This document shows positions 1 through 12,655 of a stretch of DNA of 64,000 bases, piece by piece. Both the position numbers and the translations under genes were made by a program. The stretch is taken from NCBI GenBank assembly GCA_964428185.1, contig CAYRXH010000002.1:19651-83650 (forward strand). Reading direction: 5' to 3'. The stretch is from an uncultured Bacteroidales bacterium (GTDB lineage: Bacteria; Bacteroidota; Bacteroidia; Bacteroidales; DTU049). The notes beneath the pieces are model-generated. The model worked only from the letters and a program-made list of their open reading frames with translations, was not told the DNA's origin and made no database searches. The first letter of the stretch is position 1. Every line of letters starts with the position of its first letter.

Positions 1-3000
1 GCTCCAGCTTTAACAAAGTCATTTGCCTGTGCAAGAATCTGTTTCGAAACAGCAACAAGATATCTCTTTTCTTCACCTGTTTTTGAAGTGATGATAATTT
101 CACGATTTCCACGCTTAAGCTTGCTGCCAATTGATACAACACCATCAATTTCAGCAACAAGTGCAGGATCTGAAGGATTTCTTGCTTCAAAAAGTTCAGT
201 AACCCTAGGCAATCCACCAGTGATGTCACCTGATTTTCCAATAGTTCTTGGTATTTTAACAAGAACATCACCTGCTTTTATTTTCGATCCTTCCTGAACT
301 GCAATATGAGCTCCTACAGGAAGGTCATAAGATTTCAGGACTTCTTTTCCGGCAGATTCAATATGAATAATAGGATTTTTGTTCTTCTGGCGACTTTCAA
401 TAATAACCTTTTCATGGTATCCTGTTTGTTCGTCAGATTCTTCCTTATAGGTGATTCCCTCAAGCACATTTTCAAATCGTACAGTTCCATTGATCTCTGA
501 GAGAATAACTGCATTGTAAGGATCCCAATCACAAATCCTGTCTCCTTTTTTTACTTCATCACCGGATTTGAAATAGAGGTGTGCTCCGTAGGGAATATTA
601 GCCGAAGTGAGAGTGATTCCTGTTTTAGAATCTGTGATTTTCATTTCGGCAGAACGACCCATAACCACATAGAATTCTTTTCCATCACTGTTCACATAGT
701 TGACATAGCGGAGTTCATCAAATTCAGCAATGCCATTTTGTTTGGCAATGATACTGTTTGAAATTGAAATGTTGGACGCAGTACCACCGACATGGAATGT
801 TCTCAGTGTCAGCTGTGTACCAGGTTCCCCAATAGATTGTGCTGCAATTACTCCAACGGCTTCTCCTTTTTGAACCATCTTGCCATTTGACAGATTTCTT
901 CCGTAACATTTTGCACATACTCCACGCAATGATTCACATGTGAGAACAGAACGGATTTCCACAGTTTCAATTGGTGAGTCTTCAATAAGCATACAAATTT
1001 CTTCCGTGAGTTCTTCGCCGCTACGAACAAGCAGTTCTCCGGTGTTGGGATGATATATGTCATGAAGTGAAGTTCGTCCGAGGATCCGTTCAAAGAGAGA
1101 TTCCACAACTTCTTCGTTCTTCTTCAGAGAAGAAACAGTCAATCCCCTTAGAGTACCACAGTCAGATTCTGTGATGATAACATCCTGAGCAACATCAACA
1201 AGACGGCGGGTGAGATAACCGGCATCAGCTGTTTTCAGAGCGGTATCAGCAAGGCCCTTTCTGGCACCGTGAGTTGAGATGAAATATTCAAGTACAGATA
1301 ATCCCTCTTTAAAATTTGAAAGAATGGGGTTTTCAATAACCTCGCCACCAGTGGCAGTAGACTTCTGAGGTTTAGCCATCAATCCACGCATGCCGCTTAA
1401 CTGACGGATCTGTTCCTTGCTTCCTCTAGCTCCGGAATCAAGCATCATAAACAGAGGGTTAAAACCATCCTGATCACGGGTGAGTTTGTCAATAAGAATT
1501 TTTGTCAGTTTGGAATTTGTATGTGTCCAAACGTCAATGATCTGATTATATCTTTCATTGTTGGTGATAACACCAATATTATAGTTCATCATGATTTCCT
1601 CAACTTCCTCATTGGCATCACTCACAAGATTTTCCTTTTCATCGGGAGTAACAATATCACCGATTTTAAAAGACAATCCTCCTTCAAATGCCATTTTGAA
1701 ACCGAGGTTTTTCAAATCATCAAGAAATTTGGATGCAAGGGCAAGGTTGGTATTCTTCAGAATACTTCCAATAATGTCACGCAGTGATCGTTTGGTCAGA
1801 AGAGTATTGATGAAACCGTATTCTTTGGGAACTATTTGATTGAATAAAACTCTTCCAACGGTTGTTTCAATAATTTCTGTTTTGTCATTTCTTGTTAATT
1901 TCAATCTGATTATAGTATGCAGATTGATTTTTTTCTCATTATATGCGATAATGACTTCTTCTTCAGAATAAAACAATTTGTTTTCGCCTGCAACTTTATT
2001 GTTTTGTGTACCTGGACGGGCCTTGGTCATAAAGTACAGACCAAGGACCATATCCTGGGAGGGAACTGTAATGGGAGCCCCGTTTGCAGGGTTAAGAATA
2101 TTATGTGAGGCCAGCATAAGAAGCTGAGCTTCAAGGATTGCAGCATGTCCGAGGGGCACATGAACTGCCATCTGGTCACCATCAAAGTCCGCATTGAACG
2201 CAGTACAAACCAGAGGATGAATCTGGATGGCCTTGCCCTCAATCAGCTTTGGCTGAAATGACTGGATACCTAAACGGTGAAGGGTAGGAGCACGATTTAG
2301 CAATACAGGATGTCCTTTCAGAACATTTTCCAAAATATCCCAAACGACAGGATCTTTTCTGTCAACTATCTTTTTAGCAGATTTTACTGTTTTTACAATA
2401 CCTCTTTCAAGCATTTTTCTGATGATAAAAGGTTTAAACAGTTCGGAAGCCATTTCTTTGGGAAGCCCACATTCATTCAGATTAAGTTCCGGACCGACGA
2501 CAATCACAGAACGACCTGAATAGTCAACACGTTTACCAAGAAGATTCTGGCGAAAACGACCTTGTTTTCCTTTTAAACTGTCAGACAGTGACTTGAGTGG
2601 TCTGTTGGATTCAGTTTTAACAGCACTAGCTTTTTTTGAATTATCAAAAAGTGAATCAACTGCTTCCTGAAGCATTCTTTTTTCATTTCTTAAAATTACT
2701 TCAGGGGCTTTTACTTCAAGCAGTCTTTTCAATCGGTTATTTCTGATAATCACCCTTCGATAAAGATCATTGAGATCAGAGGATGCAAAACGTCCTCCAT
2801 CAAGAGGAACAAGAGGCCTCAGTTCAGGTGGTATGACCGGGACGATTTTTACAATCATCCACTCAGGTCTGTTTTCAATTCTGCTGTTGGCATCTCTGAA
2901 TGCTTCAACAATATGAAGGCGCTTTAATATGTCAGCTTTTCTCTGTTGAGAGGTTTCAGTACTTGCTCTGTGGCGGAGAGAAAAGGACAAATCATCAAGA

Positions 3001-3602
3001 TCAAGTTTGCACAGGAGATCATGAATCGCATCTGCGCCCATTTTCGCAATAAACTTGTCGGGATGAGAATCATCAAGCAGAAAATTTTCTTTAGGAAGTT
3101 TTTCCAAAATATCCAGATATTCATCTTCAGTGATGAAATCCAGAAATTTCTTATCTTCCATAATCCCGGGATTGATTACTACATAGTTTTCATAGTATAT
3201 AATCTGCTCAAGTTTTTTGGTTGGGAGTCCAATAAGACTTCCGATTTTATTTGGGAGAGATCTGAAAAACCAGATGTGTGCAACCGGAACAACAAGCTGA
3301 ATATGTCCGATGCGTTCGCGTCTGACTTTTTTCTCAGTTACCTCAACACCACAGCGGTCACAGACTATACCACGATAACGGATTCTTTTATATTTACCGC
3401 AATGACATTCCCAGTCCTTTACAGGACCAAAGATACGCTCGCAGAATAATCCGTTGGGCTCGGGCTTGTATGTTCTATAATTGATCGTTTCAGGCTTTGT
3501 CACTTCGCCGTTTGACATTGCAAGAACTTTATCCGGAGATACAAGGCTTATGGTAATGCTTGTAAAATTACTTTTTGGTTGAGTTTCCTTTCTGAATGCC
3601 AT
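1..3602 (-). CDS. rpoC: DNA-directed RNA polymerase subunit beta' (N-terminal ~1200 aa; C-terminus lies beyond window start)
   Basis: Absent from the ORF track because it runs off the edge. My translation from the ATG at 3602-3600 gives [88 protein letters not shown], the zinc-binding beta' N-terminus. Nt 1-320 translate to ...[19 protein letters not shown].... It lies directly downstream of rpoB. Confidence 0.95.
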   Translation of the reverse strand, partial: MAFRKETQPKSNFTSITISLVSPDKVLAMSNGEVTKPETINYRTYKPEPNGLFCERIFGPVKDWECHCGKYKRIRYRGIVCDRCGVEVTEKKVRRERIGHIQLVVPVAHIWFFRSLPNKIGSLIGLPTKKLEQIIYYENYVVINPGIMEDKKFLDFITEDEYLDILEKLPKENFLLDDSHPDKFIAKMGADAIHDLLCKLDLDDLSFSLRHRASTETSQQRKADILKRLHIVEAFRDANSRIENRPEWMIVKIVPVIPPELRPLVPLDGGRFASSDLNDLYRRVIIRNNRLKRLLEVKAPEVILRNEKRMLQEAVDSLFDNSKKASAVKTESNRPLKSLSDSLKGKQGRFRQNLLGKRVDYSGRSVIVVGPELNLNECGLPKEMASELFKPFIIRKMLERGIVKTVKSAKKIVDRKDPVVWDILENVLKGHPVLLNRAPTLHRLGIQSFQPKLIEGKAIQIHPLVCTAFNADFDGDQMAVHVPLGHAAILEAQLLMLASHNILNPANGAPITVPSQDMVLGLYFMTKARPGTQNNKVAGENKLFYSEEEVIIAYNEKKINLHTIIRLKLTRNDKTEIIETTVGRVLFNQIVPKEYGFINTLLTKRSLRDIIGSILKNTNLALASKFLDDLKNLGFKMAFEGGLSFKIGDIVTPDEKENLVSDANEEVEEIMMNYNIGVITNNERYNQIIDVWTHTNSKLTKILIDKLTRDQDGFNPLFMMLDSGARGSKEQIRQLSGMRGLMAKPQKSTATGGEVIENPILSNFKEGLSVLEYFISTHGARKGLADTALKTADAGYLTRRLVDVAQDVIITESDCGTLRGLTVSSLKKNEEVVESLFERILGRTSLHDIYHPNTGELLVRSGEELTEEICMLIEDSPIETVEIRSVLTCESLRGVCAKCYGRNLSNGKMVQKGEAVGVIAAQSIGEPGTQLTLRTFHVGGTASNISISNSIIAKQNGIAEFDELRYVNYVNSDGKEFYVVMGRSAEMKITDSKTGITLTSANIPYGAHLYFKSGDEVKKGDRICDWDPYNAVILSEINGTVRFENVLEGITYKEESDEQTGYHEKVIIESRQKNKNPIIHIESAGKEVLKSYDLPVGAHIAVQEGSKIKAGDVLVKIPRTIGKSGDITGGLPRVTELFEARNPSDPALVAEIDGVVSIGSKLKRGNREIIITSKTGEEKRYLVAVSKQILAQANDFVKAG

Positions 3603-3636
3603 ATGGAAAACGTATTATAATTTTTGATAATAAAAA

Positions 3637-6600
3637 CTATTTCTGATCAAATGTGATATCAAGTCCCAGACCTCTCAGTTCATGTGAAAGTACATTGAAT
3701 GATTCGGGAATACCTGGAACAGGAAGATTTTCACCTTTGACAATTGATTCGTATGCTTTGGAACGACCAGTTACATCATCAGATTTGATAGTAAGAACCT
3801 CCTGTAGAATATTGGCAGCACCAAAGGCTTCAAGAGCCCAAACTTCCATTTCACCAAATCGCTGTCCTCCAAACTGTGCTTTTCCACCAAGAGGTTGTTG
3901 TGTGATCAATGAATATGGGCCTATTGAACGAGCATGCATTTTGTCATCAACAAGGTGGTGAAGCTTCATCATGTAGATGACACCGACAGTGACTTTCTGG
4001 GTAAATTTGTTTCCTGTAAGTCCGTCGAAAAGTTCAACTTCGCCATTTTTAGGAAGCCCTGCATTAGACAAATAGTCATTGATTTCATCAAGTGAAGCAC
4101 CGTCAAAAATCGGAGTAGAAAAATGTAAGCCCAGTTTTTTCCCAGCCCATCCCAGAACAGATTCATAAATTTGCCCCAGATTCATACGTGATGGTACACC
4201 GAGAGGATTGAGTACGATGTCAACAGGAGTGCCATCTTCTAAAAATGGCATATCTTCAGGTCGTACAATCTTTGCAACAATCCCTTTGTTTCCGTGGCGT
4301 CCGGCCATTTTGTCCCCAACTTTAAGTTTTCGTTTCTTGGCAATAAATACCTTTGCCAGCTGAACTATTCCTGCAGGCAATTCATCACCCACCTGTGCCA
4401 CAAATTTCTCACGGGTATATGTTCCGAAAAACTCCTTATACTTGATGTCATAGTTGTGGAGAATCCTCTGAATAACTTCATTCTTTGCTTTGTCCGAAGT
4501 CCATTTGGTTGGGTTGATTTCAATATAGTCAATAGATTCAAGGACCTTTTTTGAAAACTTGGATCCTTTTGGGATCAGTTCCTGTTTGATTGTATTGAAA
4601 ACGCCCTGAGATGTTTTACCATCAATGACTTTCATCAGTTTGTCTATCAACTTTGCTTTCAGTTCAGCGGTATCTTTTTTGAAGTTGTTTTCGAGTTGAT
4701 CAAGAATAATTTTTTCTTTTGTTTTTGATTTTTTATCTTTGATTACACGGGCAAAGAGTTTTTTGTCAATGACAACACCCTTGAGTGAGGGAGGTGCTTT
4801 GAGTGAAGCATCCTTTACATCTCCTGCTTTGTCACCGAAAATGGCACGAAGCAGTTTTTCTTCTGGCGTTGGATCACTTTCCCCCTTTGGAGTAATTTTT
4901 CCAATAAGAAGATCTCCTTCTTTAACATTCGCTCCGATGCGTATCATCCCGTTTTCATCCAATTCTTTAAGAGCCTCTGAACTAACATTGGGAATATCTC
5001 TTGTAAGTTCTTCAAGTCCAATTTTCGTGTCTCTTACTTCCATGGAAAATTCTTCGATATGAACTGAAGTAAACCAGTCATCACGAACAACTTTTTCAGA
5101 AATTACAATTGCATCCTCAAAGTTATATCCTCTCCATGGCATAAATGCGACAAGAAGATTTCGACCCAAAGCAAGTTCACCATCTTGTGTTGCGTACCCT
5201 TCGCAGAGCACCTGCCCTCGGGTAACCTTCTGGCCTTTTTTCACAATTGGCTTCAGGTTTATGCTTGTATTCTGGTTGGTTCTCTGAAATTTTGTCAGGT
5301 AATAGGTTTTGATATCATTATCAAAACTGACTAGACGTTCTTCTTCAGTACGAATATGTTTGATTACAATCTTTTGAGCATCAACATATTCCACTACACC
5401 GTCGGATTCTGAATTGATAAGAACGCGACTGTGCTGAGCAACTGTAGGTTCAAGCCCTGTCCCTACGATAGGTTTTTGAGGTTGCATAAGAGGGACTGCC
5501 TGTCTCATCATGTTGGAACCCATGAGTGCACGGTTTGCATCATCATGCTCCAGGAATGGAATCAGTGATGCAGCAACAGAAGCAATCTGATTTGTCGCGA
5601 TATCAATATAATTGACACGTTCAGGTTCAACATAGGGATAATCAGCTTCAAAACGGACTTTTACTTTTTCGTTGACAAATTCTCCGTTCTGTTCATATGG
5701 TTCAACAGCCTGAGCAATGATCTTATCTTCTTCTTCTTCAGCTGAAAGATACATGGGGTGAAGGTCGGTTTTCACCAGACCGTCTTCAACTTTATAGTAT
5801 GGTGTTTCAATAAACCCAAGTTCATTGATTTTAGCATATACACAAAGAGAAGAAATCAACCCGATATTTGGACCTTCCGGGGTTTCAATAGTACAAAGTC
5901 TGCCGTAATGGGTATAATGAACGTCACGGACTTCAAACCCTGCACGTTCTCGTGATAACCCTCCGGGGCCCAGGGCTGAAATCCTGCGTTTGTGTGTCAG
6001 TTCAGACAATGGATTGGTTTGGTCCATAAACTGAGACAGCTGATTGGTGCCAAAAAACGAATTAATCACAGATGATAATGTTTTGGCATTTATCAGGTCC
6101 ATTGGTGCAAACACTTCGTTGTCACGAACATTCATGCGTTCCCTGATAGTTCTTGCCATACGGGCCAGGCCAACTCCAAACTGTGCTGAAAGTTGTTCCC
6201 CTACTGTTCGTACGCGTCTGTTGCTCAGGTGGTCAATGTCATCAATGTCAGTTTTGCTGTTAATCAACTCGATGAGATACTTGATAATATCAATGATGTC
6301 ATCTTTTGTAAGAACTTTCCCTACGTTTGGAGTATCTTCAGGACGATTGAGTTTTTTATTAATTCGGTATCTTCCCACATCACCAAGATCATATCTTTTA
6401 TCTGAGAAGAATAGCTTGTCGATGATTCCACGGGCAGTTTCCTCATCAGGTGGTTCTGCGTTCCGAAGTTGCTGATAAATATATTCGATTGCTTCTTTTT
6501 CACTGTTTGCAGGGTCTTTCTGCATCGTGTTAAAGATGATGGAATAATCTGCGATATTAATTCCTTCTTTATGAACAAGAATGGTTTCAACCCCTGAATC

Positions 6601-7458
6601 AATGATAGGTTGAATATGACCCTCTTCAAGGACAGTTTCTCTTTCAAGAATGACTTCAACGCGATTGATTGATACAAGTTCTCCGGTATCTTCATCAACG
6701 AAGTCTTCAACCCAACTTTTAACGACTCTGGCTGCGAGTGTGCTTCCGATAAGTTTTTTTAGACCTGCTTTAGAGACTTTAATTTCTTCAGCCAGTTCAA
6801 AAACATCAAGGATTTGTTTGTCTGTTTCATATCCGATTGCACGAAGCAATGTAGTAACAGGGACTTTCTTTTTTCTGTCAATGTAGGCATACATGACATT
6901 ATTGATGTCAGTGGCAAATTCCATCCAAGAACCCTTAAAGGGGATAATACGTGCAGAATAAAGGATGCTGCCATTCGGGTGGCGACTATGGCCAAAGAAC
7001 ACCCCGGGAGAACGATGAAGCTGAGAAACAATGACTCTTTCGGCTCCATTGATTATAAAGGTGCCTTTTGGGGTCATATAGGGAATTTGTCCCAGATAGA
7101 CATCTTGAATAATGGTTTTAAAATCTTCATGTTCTTCGTCAGTACAATAAAGCTTGAGTTTGGCTTTGAAAGGGACAGAATATGTCAGACCCCGTTCAAG
7201 ACATTCTTCGATAGAATATCGGGGAGGATCAATGAAATAATCTATGAACTCAAGCACAAATTGATTTCTGGCATCAGAAATGGGAAAGTTTTCAGCAAAA
7301 ACTTTAAATAAACCTTCATTTTTACGATTTTCCGGAGTTGTTTCCAATTGAAAAAAGTCCTGAAATGACTTGATTTGAATTTCAAGCAAATCAGGATACT
7401 CCGGCTGTAAGGTATTTGCAAAACTTATTCGTTGATGATGTGCAGCCAAGGTATTCAC
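3637..7458 (-). CDS. rpoB: DNA-directed RNA polymerase subunit beta
   Basis: 1273-aa ORF with canonical RpoB motifs ([52 protein letters not shown]). Position is between rplL and rpoC. Confidence 0.99.
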   Translation of the reverse strand: MNTLAAHHQRISFANTLQPEYPDLLEIQIKSFQDFFQLETTPENRKNEGLFKVFAENFPISDARNQFVLEFIDYFIDPPRYSIEECLERGLTYSVPFKAKLKLYCTDEEHEDFKTIIQDVYLGQIPYMTPKGTFIINGAERVIVSQLHRSPGVFFGHSRHPNGSILYSARIIPFKGSWMEFATDINNVMYAYIDRKKKVPVTTLLRAIGYETDKQILDVFELAEEIKVSKAGLKKLIGSTLAARVVKSWVEDFVDEDTGELVSINRVEVILERETVLEEGHIQPIIDSGVETILVHKEGINIADYSIIFNTMQKDPANSEKEAIEYIYQQLRNAEPPDEETARGIIDKLFFSDKRYDLGDVGRYRINKKLNRPEDTPNVGKVLTKDDIIDIIKYLIELINSKTDIDDIDHLSNRRVRTVGEQLSAQFGVGLARMARTIRERMNVRDNEVFAPMDLINAKTLSSVINSFFGTNQLSQFMDQTNPLSELTHKRRISALGPGGLSRERAGFEVRDVHYTHYGRLCTIETPEGPNIGLISSLCVYAKINELGFIETPYYKVEDGLVKTDLHPMYLSAEEEEDKIIAQAVEPYEQNGEFVNEKVKVRFEADYPYVEPERVNYIDIATNQIASVAASLIPFLEHDDANRALMGSNMMRQAVPLMQPQKPIVGTGLEPTVAQHSRVLINSESDGVVEYVDAQKIVIKHIRTEEERLVSFDNDIKTYYLTKFQRTNQNTSINLKPIVKKGQKVTRGQVLCEGYATQDGELALGRNLLVAFMPWRGYNFEDAIVISEKVVRDDWFTSVHIEEFSMEVRDTKIGLEELTRDIPNVSSEALKELDENGMIRIGANVKEGDLLIGKITPKGESDPTPEEKLLRAIFGDKAGDVKDASLKAPPSLKGVVIDKKLFARVIKDKKSKTKEKIILDQLENNFKKDTAELKAKLIDKLMKVIDGKTSQGVFNTIKQELIPKGSKFSKKVLESIDYIEINPTKWTSDKAKNEVIQRILHNYDIKYKEFFGTYTREKFVAQVGDELPAGIVQLAKVFIAKKRKLKVGDKMAGRHGNKGIVAKIVRPEDMPFLEDGTPVDIVLNPLGVPSRMNLGQIYESVLGWAGKKLGLHFSTPIFDGASLDEINDYLSNAGLPKNGEVELFDGLTGNKFTQKVTVGVIYMMKLHHLVDDKMHARSIGPYSLITQQPLGGKAQFGGQRFGEMEVWALEAFGAANILQEVLTIKSDDVTGRSKAYESIVKGENLPVPGIPESFNVLSHELRGLGLDITFDQK

Positions 7459-7500
7459 GTTTTAAATTATAAAAAATTGAATTACTTTAAAAAAGTTAAT

Positions 7501-7529
7501 AACTTCTGCTTCTCCGTGAAGCAGAAGTT
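7501..7529 (-). terminator. rplL-rpoB intergenic hairpin (attenuator-type partial terminator)
   Basis: Perfect 12-bp stem aacttctgcttc / gaagcagaagtt with a 5-nt loop. On the minus strand it is followed after 5 nt by T6. It occupies the classical attenuator position between rplL and rpoB. Confidence 0.55.
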
Positions 7530-7553
7530 AATTTTTTGGTTAGCAAAGAACGT

Positions 7554-7934
7554 TTATTTGAGTTCTACTTCAGCACCTGCTTCTTCAAGTGCTTTTTTGA
7601 GAGCTTCGGCTTCGTCTTTGGTAATTCCTTCCTTTACAGCGTTGGGAGCCTGATCAACAAGATCTTTGGCTTCTTTGAGACCAAGACTGGTGAGTTCTTT
7701 CACGAGTTTAACAACAGCAAGTTTTTGAGGACCAGCGGCTTTCAGAATAACGTCAAATTGAGTTTTTTCTTCAACTGCAGGTGCATCTCCACCAGCTGCG
7801 CCAACTGCTGCAACTGCAACAGGAGCTGCAGCTGGTTCAATGCCATACTCATCTTTTAAAATCTGAGCAAGCTCGTTAACTTCTTTTACTGTAAGGTTAA
7901 CCAATTGTTCTGCGATAGCTTTTAAATCTGCCAT
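7554..7934 (-). CDS. rplL: 50S ribosomal protein L7/L12
   Basis: 126 aa with an Ala/Glu/Lys-rich hinge and the C-terminal domain LKEAKDLVD...[19 protein letters not shown]. Confidence 0.98.
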   Translation of the reverse strand: MADLKAIAEQLVNLTVKEVNELAQILKDEYGIEPAAAPVAVAAVGAAGGDAPAVEEKTQFDVILKAAGPQKLAVVKLVKELTSLGLKEAKDLVDQAPNAVKEGITKDEAEALKKALEEAGAEVELK

Positions 7935-7973
7935 GATATTTTTCGATTTAAATGGTTTTTAAATAATTAATAA

Positions 7974-8492
7974 TTAGTTTTTTTCTGACATAGTTTTGAG
8001 AATTCCCGCAATTTTTCCGCCACCAGATTGCAGACCTGAAATCAGGTTGCGCGCTGGTGATTGAAGAAGTGCGATCAGCTCGCCAAGAAGTTCTTCTTTT
8101 GATTTGATAGCAATAAGTGCATCCAGTTCATGATCGCCGATAAAATGCATGTCCATGACATAGGCTCCCTTGAGTACTGGTTTGTCAAACTTTTTGCGAA
8201 ATTCTTTAATAACTTTGGCAGGTTCGGTAACATTTTCAGAAAACATTAAGGATGTGTTTTCTTTTAAAATGTCATACAGGGGAGAAAAATCTTTTTCAGA
8301 ACGCTCCATTGCCTTTTTTAGCAAGGTGTTTTTAACGATCTGAAGTCGGATATCTCTTCTGAAACATAAGCGACGCAACTGTGAAGTAACATCTGCATTC
8401 AGAGCTGATATATCAGCAAGATACAGAGAATTGGCTTCATTGAGCTGCCTGGTTAATGTTTCAATAAACTGATCCTTTTCTTCTTTTTTCAT
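7974..8492 (-). CDS. rplJ: 50S ribosomal protein L10
   Basis: 172 aa, in conserved synteny upstream of rplL, with an L10-like sequence. Confidence 0.95.
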   Translation of the reverse strand: MKKEEKDQFIETLTRQLNEANSLYLADISALNADVTSQLRRLCFRRDIRLQIVKNTLLKKAMERSEKDFSPLYDILKENTSLMFSENVTEPAKVIKEFRKKFDKPVLKGAYVMDMHFIGDHELDALIAIKSKEELLGELIALLQSPARNLISGLQSGGGKIAGILKTMSEKN

Positions 8493-8513
8493 AGTGAATG
8501 ATAAACGTTAAGT

Positions 8514-9209
8514 TTACATTGTGATGGATTTCGAGTCAATTCTGACTCCCGGGCTCATAGTGCTGGAAACAAAAACGCTTTTAACGTATGTTCCTTTTGC
8601 TGCAGATGGTTTAAGCTTGATAATTGTAGTCAGCAATTCTTTGGCATTATCTTCAAGTTGCTTCAGATCAAAATTGACCTTGCCAATACTTGAATGAATA
8701 ATTCCATACTTGTCAACTTTAAAATCAATTTTACCACCTTTGGCATCCTGAACGGCTTTTCCAACCTCCATGGTTACAGTACCGGTTTTCGGATTTGGCA
8801 TCAATCCTCTTGGTCCAAGAATTTTTCCTAAAGCACCTACTTTAGGCATTACGTTGGGAGTAGTGATGATAACATCGACATCTGTCCATCCCTGTTTAAT
8901 TTTCTCAACGTAGTCATCAAGGCCCACAAAGTCAGCGCCCGCACTTTTGGCTTCTTCTTCCTTGTCAGGAGTACATAAAACCAGAATGCGAACCTGTTTC
9001 CCTGTCCCATGTGGAAGCGTCACGGAACCACGAACCATCTGATTCGCTTTTCGGGGATCAACACCCAAACGAACATCAATATCTACTGAAGCATCGAATG
9101 ACGTGTAGGTAATATCTTTTACAACTTGTAATCCCTGAGGTAAAGTGTAGGCAGCATCTTTGTCAAATTTTTCCAAAGCAGCTTTCCGTTTTTTGCTAAT
9201 TCGTGCCAT
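8514..9209 (-). CDS. rplA: 50S ribosomal protein L1
   Basis: 231 aa with L1 motifs ([29 protein letters not shown]). Confidence 0.98.
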   Translation of the reverse strand: MARISKKRKAALEKFDKDAAYTLPQGLQVVKDITYTSFDASVDIDVRLGVDPRKANQMVRGSVTLPHGTGKQVRILVLCTPDKEEEAKSAGADFVGLDDYVEKIKQGWTDVDVIITTPNVMPKVGALGKILGPRGLMPNPKTGTVTMEVGKAVQDAKGGKIDFKVDKYGIIHSSIGKVNFDLKQLEDNAKELLTTIIKLKPSAAKGTYVKSVFVSSTMSPGVRIDSKSITM

Positions 9210-9253
9210 TTCGTTTTATCCTCTTTTGAATTTTATATTATTGAATTTGTTTA

Positions 9254-9691
9254 CTAAAAAGGGGCATTGCCGGTTACTTTTATACCCATGCTTCGTGCTG
9301 TACCGGCGACCATTTTCATGGCTGATTCAACGGTGAAGCAGTTTAGGTCATTCATTTTGTCTTCAGCAATTACTTTCACCTGATCCCATGAAACAGTTCC
9401 AATCTTATTTCTGTTTGGTTCTGCTGATCCTTTGCCCAGTTTTGTTGCTTCAAGCAGCTGAACAGGCACCGGTGGCGATTTTAAAATGAAATCAAATGAT
9501 TTGTCGCTGTAAACTGTAATAATTGCAGGAATTACTTTTCCCGGTTTATCCTGAGTACGTGCGTTAAACTGTTTGCAAAACTCCATGATATTCACACCCT
9601 TGGCTCCCAAAGCAGGACCTACTGGAGGTGAAGGGTTTGCTGATCCGCCCTTGATTTGCAATTTAATGATTGCACTTACTTGTTTTGCCAT
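9254..9691 (-). CDS. rplK: 50S ribosomal protein L11
   Basis: 145 aa with the L11 N-terminal motif [20 protein letters not shown]. Confidence 0.98.
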   Translation of the reverse strand: MAKQVSAIIKLQIKGGSANPSPPVGPALGAKGVNIMEFCKQFNARTQDKPGKVIPAIITVYSDKSFDFILKSPPVPVQLLEATKLGKGSAEPNRNKIGTVSWDQVKVIAEDKMNDLNCFTVESAMKMVAGTARSMGIKVTGNAPF

Positions 9692-9715
9692 TGTATATAA
9701 GTTTTATTCGTTTTG

Positions 9716-10258
9716 TTATTCTTTTTCTACTTGAAGAAATCCGAGCTCAAGAGGTGTCTTGCGTCCGAATATTTTTACCATTACTTTCAGTTTTTTCTTT
9801 TCTTCATTGACCTCTTCAATGATTCCTGTAAAACTGTTGAAAGGACCATCAGTCACTTTTACTGTCTCTCCTACAATGAATGGTTCATTCAGTTCTTCAT
9901 CCTTATCAAGAAGTTCGTCCATTTGCCCGAGAATGCGTCTGACTTCTGCAGGGCGCATAGGTACCGGTTCGCCTTTGGTTCCCAAAAAACCCATGACACC
10001 AGGAATACCTCTGATAATATGAATAATTTCACCACTGAGGATTGCCTCTATAAGAACATAACCGGGAAAATAATTCTTTTCCTGACTGATTTTTTTGCCC
10101 TTACGGATTTGATACACCTTTTCTGTAGGCACAAGAACCTGAGTAACAACGTTTTGCAGGCCGAGTCTTGAGATTTCATTCTCAATGTACTGCTTTACCT
10201 TTTTTTCGCTGCCACTGATAGCTCTGACAACATACCATTTTAATGCACTTTCACTCAT
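9716..10258 (-). CDS. nusG: transcription termination/antitermination factor NusG
   Basis: [21 protein letters not shown]-terminal domain and a KOW-like C-terminus. The ORF track starts at a TTG at 10267; the ATG at 10258 ([11 protein letters not shown]) is the more likely start. Confidence 0.95.
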   Translation of the reverse strand: MSESALKWYVVRAISGSEKKVKQYIENEISRLGLQNVVTQVLVPTEKVYQIRKGKKISQEKNYFPGYVLIEAILSGEIIHIIRGIPGVMGFLGTKGEPVPMRPAEVRRILGQMDELLDKDEELNEPFIVGETVKVTDGPFNSFTGIIEEVNEEKKKLKVMVKIFGRKTPLELGFLQVEKE

Positions 10259-10288
10259 TGTTAGCAATCTCCCCTGTGTGTGGCTAAT

Positions 10289-10477
10289 TTAAACTCCGTA
10301 CCATAAGTTCATTCCGTTCTGAAAAATGATATCCATGAGCAGAACCACCAATGCTATAATTATTGATGCTATGGATACGACTATTGAGCTGCTTTGCAGT
10401 TCTGACCATGTGGGCCATGAAACTTTATTTTTCATTTCATCGACCACATCGGCTACATATCGTCTGAGTTTTTTCAT
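10289..10477 (-). CDS. secE: preprotein translocase subunit SecE
   Basis: 62 aa with a single C-terminal TM helix, in the conserved position between tRNA-Trp and nusG. Confidence 0.85.
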   Translation of the reverse strand: MKKLRRYVADVVDEMKNKVSWPTWSELQSSSIVVSIASIIIALVVLLMDIIFQNGMNLWYGV

Positions 10478-10498
10478 ATTTCTTTTTCAGTGATTTAG

Positions 10499-10571
10499 CG
10501 CGGGCGGAAGGACTCGAACCCTCAGCCTATGGTTTTGGAGACCACCACTCTACCAGTTGAGCTACACCCGC
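10499..10571 (-). tRNA. tRNA-Trp (anticodon CCA)
   Basis: Hand-folded cloverleaf: acceptor GCGGGTG/CGCCCGC, anticodon loop CTCCAAA, T-loop GGTTCGAGTCC. Sits in the conserved tuf-tRNA-Trp-secE position. Ends are +/-2 nt. Confidence 0.9.
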
Positions 10572-10616
10572 CAGAAACCAAGAAAGAGCCATGCTCTTTC
10601 CTGAATTGAGGTGAGA

Positions 10617-11804
10617 TTAATCAATAATTTCAATGACCTGTCCTGCACCTACTGTGCGACCACCTTCACGGATTGCAAAACGCAGGTTTTTGTTCAATGC
10701 GATTTCAGCAATCAGTTTTACATGAATAGTGAGGTTGTCACCGGGCATAACCATTTCAACTCCGTCTGGAAGATGAATTTCACCGGTTACGTCAGTGGTG
10801 CGGAAGTAGAACTGAGGACGATATTTGTTCTGGAAAGGAGTGTGGCGTCCACCTTCTTCTTTCTTCAGAATATAAACTTCAGCTTTAAAATCTTTATGAG
10901 GTTTTACAGATCCTTGTTTTGCAACAACCATTCCTCTGCGGATTTCGTCTTTGTCAATACCTCTGAGCAAAAGACCAACGTTGTCACCTGCTTCACCACG
11001 GTCAAGAATCTTACGGAACATTTCAACACCAGTTACAACTGATTTTAGTTTTTCAGCTCCAAAACCAATGATATCTACAGGATCACCTGAGTTGATAACA
11101 CCTGTTTCAATTCTTCCGGTTGCAACTGTTCCACGTCCTGTAATTGAAAAGACATCTTCAACGGGCATCAGGAAATCCTTATCACGGTCACGTTCGGGTG
11201 TTGGGATATATGTATCAACAGCATCCATCAATTCTAAAATTTTGTCAACCCACTTTGGTTCTTTGTTGAGGCCACCAAGAGCTGATCCCTGAATAACAGG
11301 TGCATTATCTCCATCAAATCCGTAGAATGTTAACAGTTCACGAATATCCATTTCAACCAGTTCAAGTAGTTCCGGGTCATCAACAAGGTCAACTTTGTTC
11401 ATAAATACGACAAGTTTAGGAACACCAACCTGCCGAGCAAGAAGGATATGTTCTCTTGTCTGAGGCATAGGACCATCAGTAGCTGCAACAACGAGTATTG
11501 CACCGTCCATCTGGGCAGCACCTGTAACCATGTTCTTAACATAGTCAGCGTGACCGGGACAGTCAACATGTGCATAGTGACGGGCAGCTGTCTGATACTC
11601 AACATGCGCAGTGTTAATAGTAATACCCCTTTCTTTTTCTTCAGGAGCGTTGTCAATCGAGTCAAAGGAACGGAATTCGGAAAGACCCTTTTCTGCAAGA
11701 ATTAATGTGATGGCTGCAGTAAGAGTGGTCTTGCCATGATCAACGTGTCCGATAGTACCTATGTTCACGTGTTCCTTATCTCGTACGAATTTTTCTTTTG
11801 CCAT
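10617..11804 (-). CDS. tuf: elongation factor Tu
   Basis: 395 aa with [18 protein letters not shown] and NKVD GTPase motifs. Confidence 0.99.
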   Translation of the reverse strand: MAKEKFVRDKEHVNIGTIGHVDHGKTTLTAAITLILAEKGLSEFRSFDSIDNAPEEKERGITINTAHVEYQTAARHYAHVDCPGHADYVKNMVTGAAQMDGAILVVAATDGPMPQTREHILLARQVGVPKLVVFMNKVDLVDDPELLELVEMDIRELLTFYGFDGDNAPVIQGSALGGLNKEPKWVDKILELMDAVDTYIPTPERDRDKDFLMPVEDVFSITGRGTVATGRIETGVINSGDPVDIIGFGAEKLKSVVTGVEMFRKILDRGEAGDNVGLLLRGIDKDEIRRGMVVAKQGSVKPHKDFKAEVYILKKEEGGRHTPFQNKYRPQFYFRTTDVTGEIHLPDGVEMVMPGDNLTIHVKLIAEIALNKNLRFAIREGGRTVGAGQVIEIID

Positions 11805-11855
11805 ATGTTTTTATTTTAGGTTAATAAAATATAGTTCGTCTAAAAAAAATTTCAG

Positions 11856-11927
11856 AGCCATTGATGAGATTTGAACTCATGACCCCTTCCTTACCAAGGA
11901 AGTGCTCTACCCCTGAGCTACAACGGC
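11856..11927 (-). tRNA. tRNA-Thr (anticodon GGT)
   Basis: Acceptor GCCGTTG/CAATGGC, anticodon stem-loop CTTCC-TTGGTAA-GGAAG, T-loop GGTTCAAATC. Hand-folded. Confidence 0.88.
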
Positions 11928-11935
11928 TTTGCATG

Positions 11936-12008
11936 AGCGGAAGACGGGATTCGAACCCGCCACCTAAAGCTTGGAAGGCTTTCGCTCTACCAAATGAGCT
12001 ACTTCCGC
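11936..12008 (-). tRNA. tRNA-Gly (anticodon TCC)
   Basis: Acceptor GCGGAAG/CTTCCGC, anticodon loop CTTCCAA, T-loop GGTTCGAATCC. Hand-folded. Confidence 0.88.
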
Positions 12009-12020
12009 TAATTTTCTGAG

Positions 12021-12102
12021 TGGGGAGAGAAGGATTCGAACCTCCGAAGGCGTCGCCAACAGATTTACAGTCTGCCCCATTTAACCACTCTGGAATCTCC
12101 CC
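12021..12102 (-). tRNA. tRNA-Tyr (anticodon GTA), long variable arm
   Basis: Acceptor GGGGAGA/TCTCCCC, anticodon loop CTGTAAA, extra arm, T-loop GGTTCGAATCC. Hand-folded. Confidence 0.88.
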
Positions 12103-12109
12103 CTGTTTG

Positions 12110-12183
12110 AGCCGATGGAGGGATTCGAACCCCCGACCAGCTGATTACAAATCAGCTGCTCTGGCCAGCTGAGCTACATCGGC
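12110..12183 (-). tRNA. tRNA-Thr (anticodon TGT)
   Basis: Acceptor GCCGATG/CATCGGC, anticodon stem-loop CAGCTGA-TTTGTAA-TCAGCTG, T-loop GGTTCGAATCC. The Thr-Tyr-Gly-Thr-tuf order matches the E. coli thrU-tyrU-glyT-thrT-tufB operon. Confidence 0.88.
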
Positions 12184-12253
12184 TTTTCTCCTCAAAGAAC
12201 GCAAACCCTTGACCATCACCGTGTTTCATGTTTAGGGCCAAAAATTCGGACTG

Positions 12254-12261
12254 CAAAAATA
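12254..12261 (-). promoter_or_regulatory. candidate -7 box (TATTTTTG) for the tRNA-tuf operon
   Basis: Reverse complement of caaaaata matches the Bacteroidota TAnnTTTG consensus. A second identical match sits at 12281-12288. I cannot tell which is used. Confidence 0.3.
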
Positions 12262-12343
12262 GTAAGTATTTCTGATATGACAAAAATATTTTGCCTTTTT
12301 TTGTGTTTTTCAGAAAAAATTCATTGCGATTGCTCTCTTCTGT

Positions 12344-12613
12344 TTATTTTGAACTCAGATTGCTTACATATAAACGTTTGTAAGCATCTCCATAATATTG
12401 CTTATACAAAAAGAAAAGATTTCCGTTGTAAAATCTGATATTTTCAATGTGTGAGTATCCACTTAGTTTTGTTTCTTCTCCTGCTTCACCTGTCTCTATG
12501 TTAATCGGGACAATATATGTCGTGCTTTTTCTGATGATTGATGTGTAAAACATATCCTTAACAGGATCATAATAAAAATCACCTGACCATTGCTTGTCTT
12601 TTATAAACTGCAT
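12344..12613 (-). CDS. hypothetical protein; in-frame continuation of 12656..13573 across a single TAG
   Basis: 89-aa ORF. The 14 codons upstream of its ATG are open and in the same frame as the preceding ORF's TAG (12656-12658). Confidence 0.5.
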   Translation of the reverse strand: MQFIKDKQWSGDFYYDPVKDMFYTSIIRKSTTYIVPINIETGEAGEETKLSGYSHIENIRFYNGNLFFLYKQYYGDAYKRLYVSNLSSK

Positions 12614-12655
12614 CTCTGTTTCATCGGTCAGTGAGCCCGTTAAACCTGAATAATG

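Noticed and set aside
2946-3449. 167-aa plus-strand ORF and the other short ORFs (88-3124) inside the first 3.6 kb.
   Set aside because: All are antisense or out-of-frame shadows of rpoC, which occupies the minus strand continuously from 3602 to the window edge.
6044-7311. Plus-strand ORFs of 143 aa (6044-6475) and 165 aa (6814-7311), and other ORFs nested in rpoB. Similar cases are 9713-10171 in nusG, 10611-11042 in tuf, 14934-15443 in the sigma/plug genes, 55202-55591 in the GT39 gene, and about 25 short ORFs inside the giant gene.
   Set aside because: They lie antisense or out of frame within strongly supported genes, have low-complexity composition, and lack independent start context.
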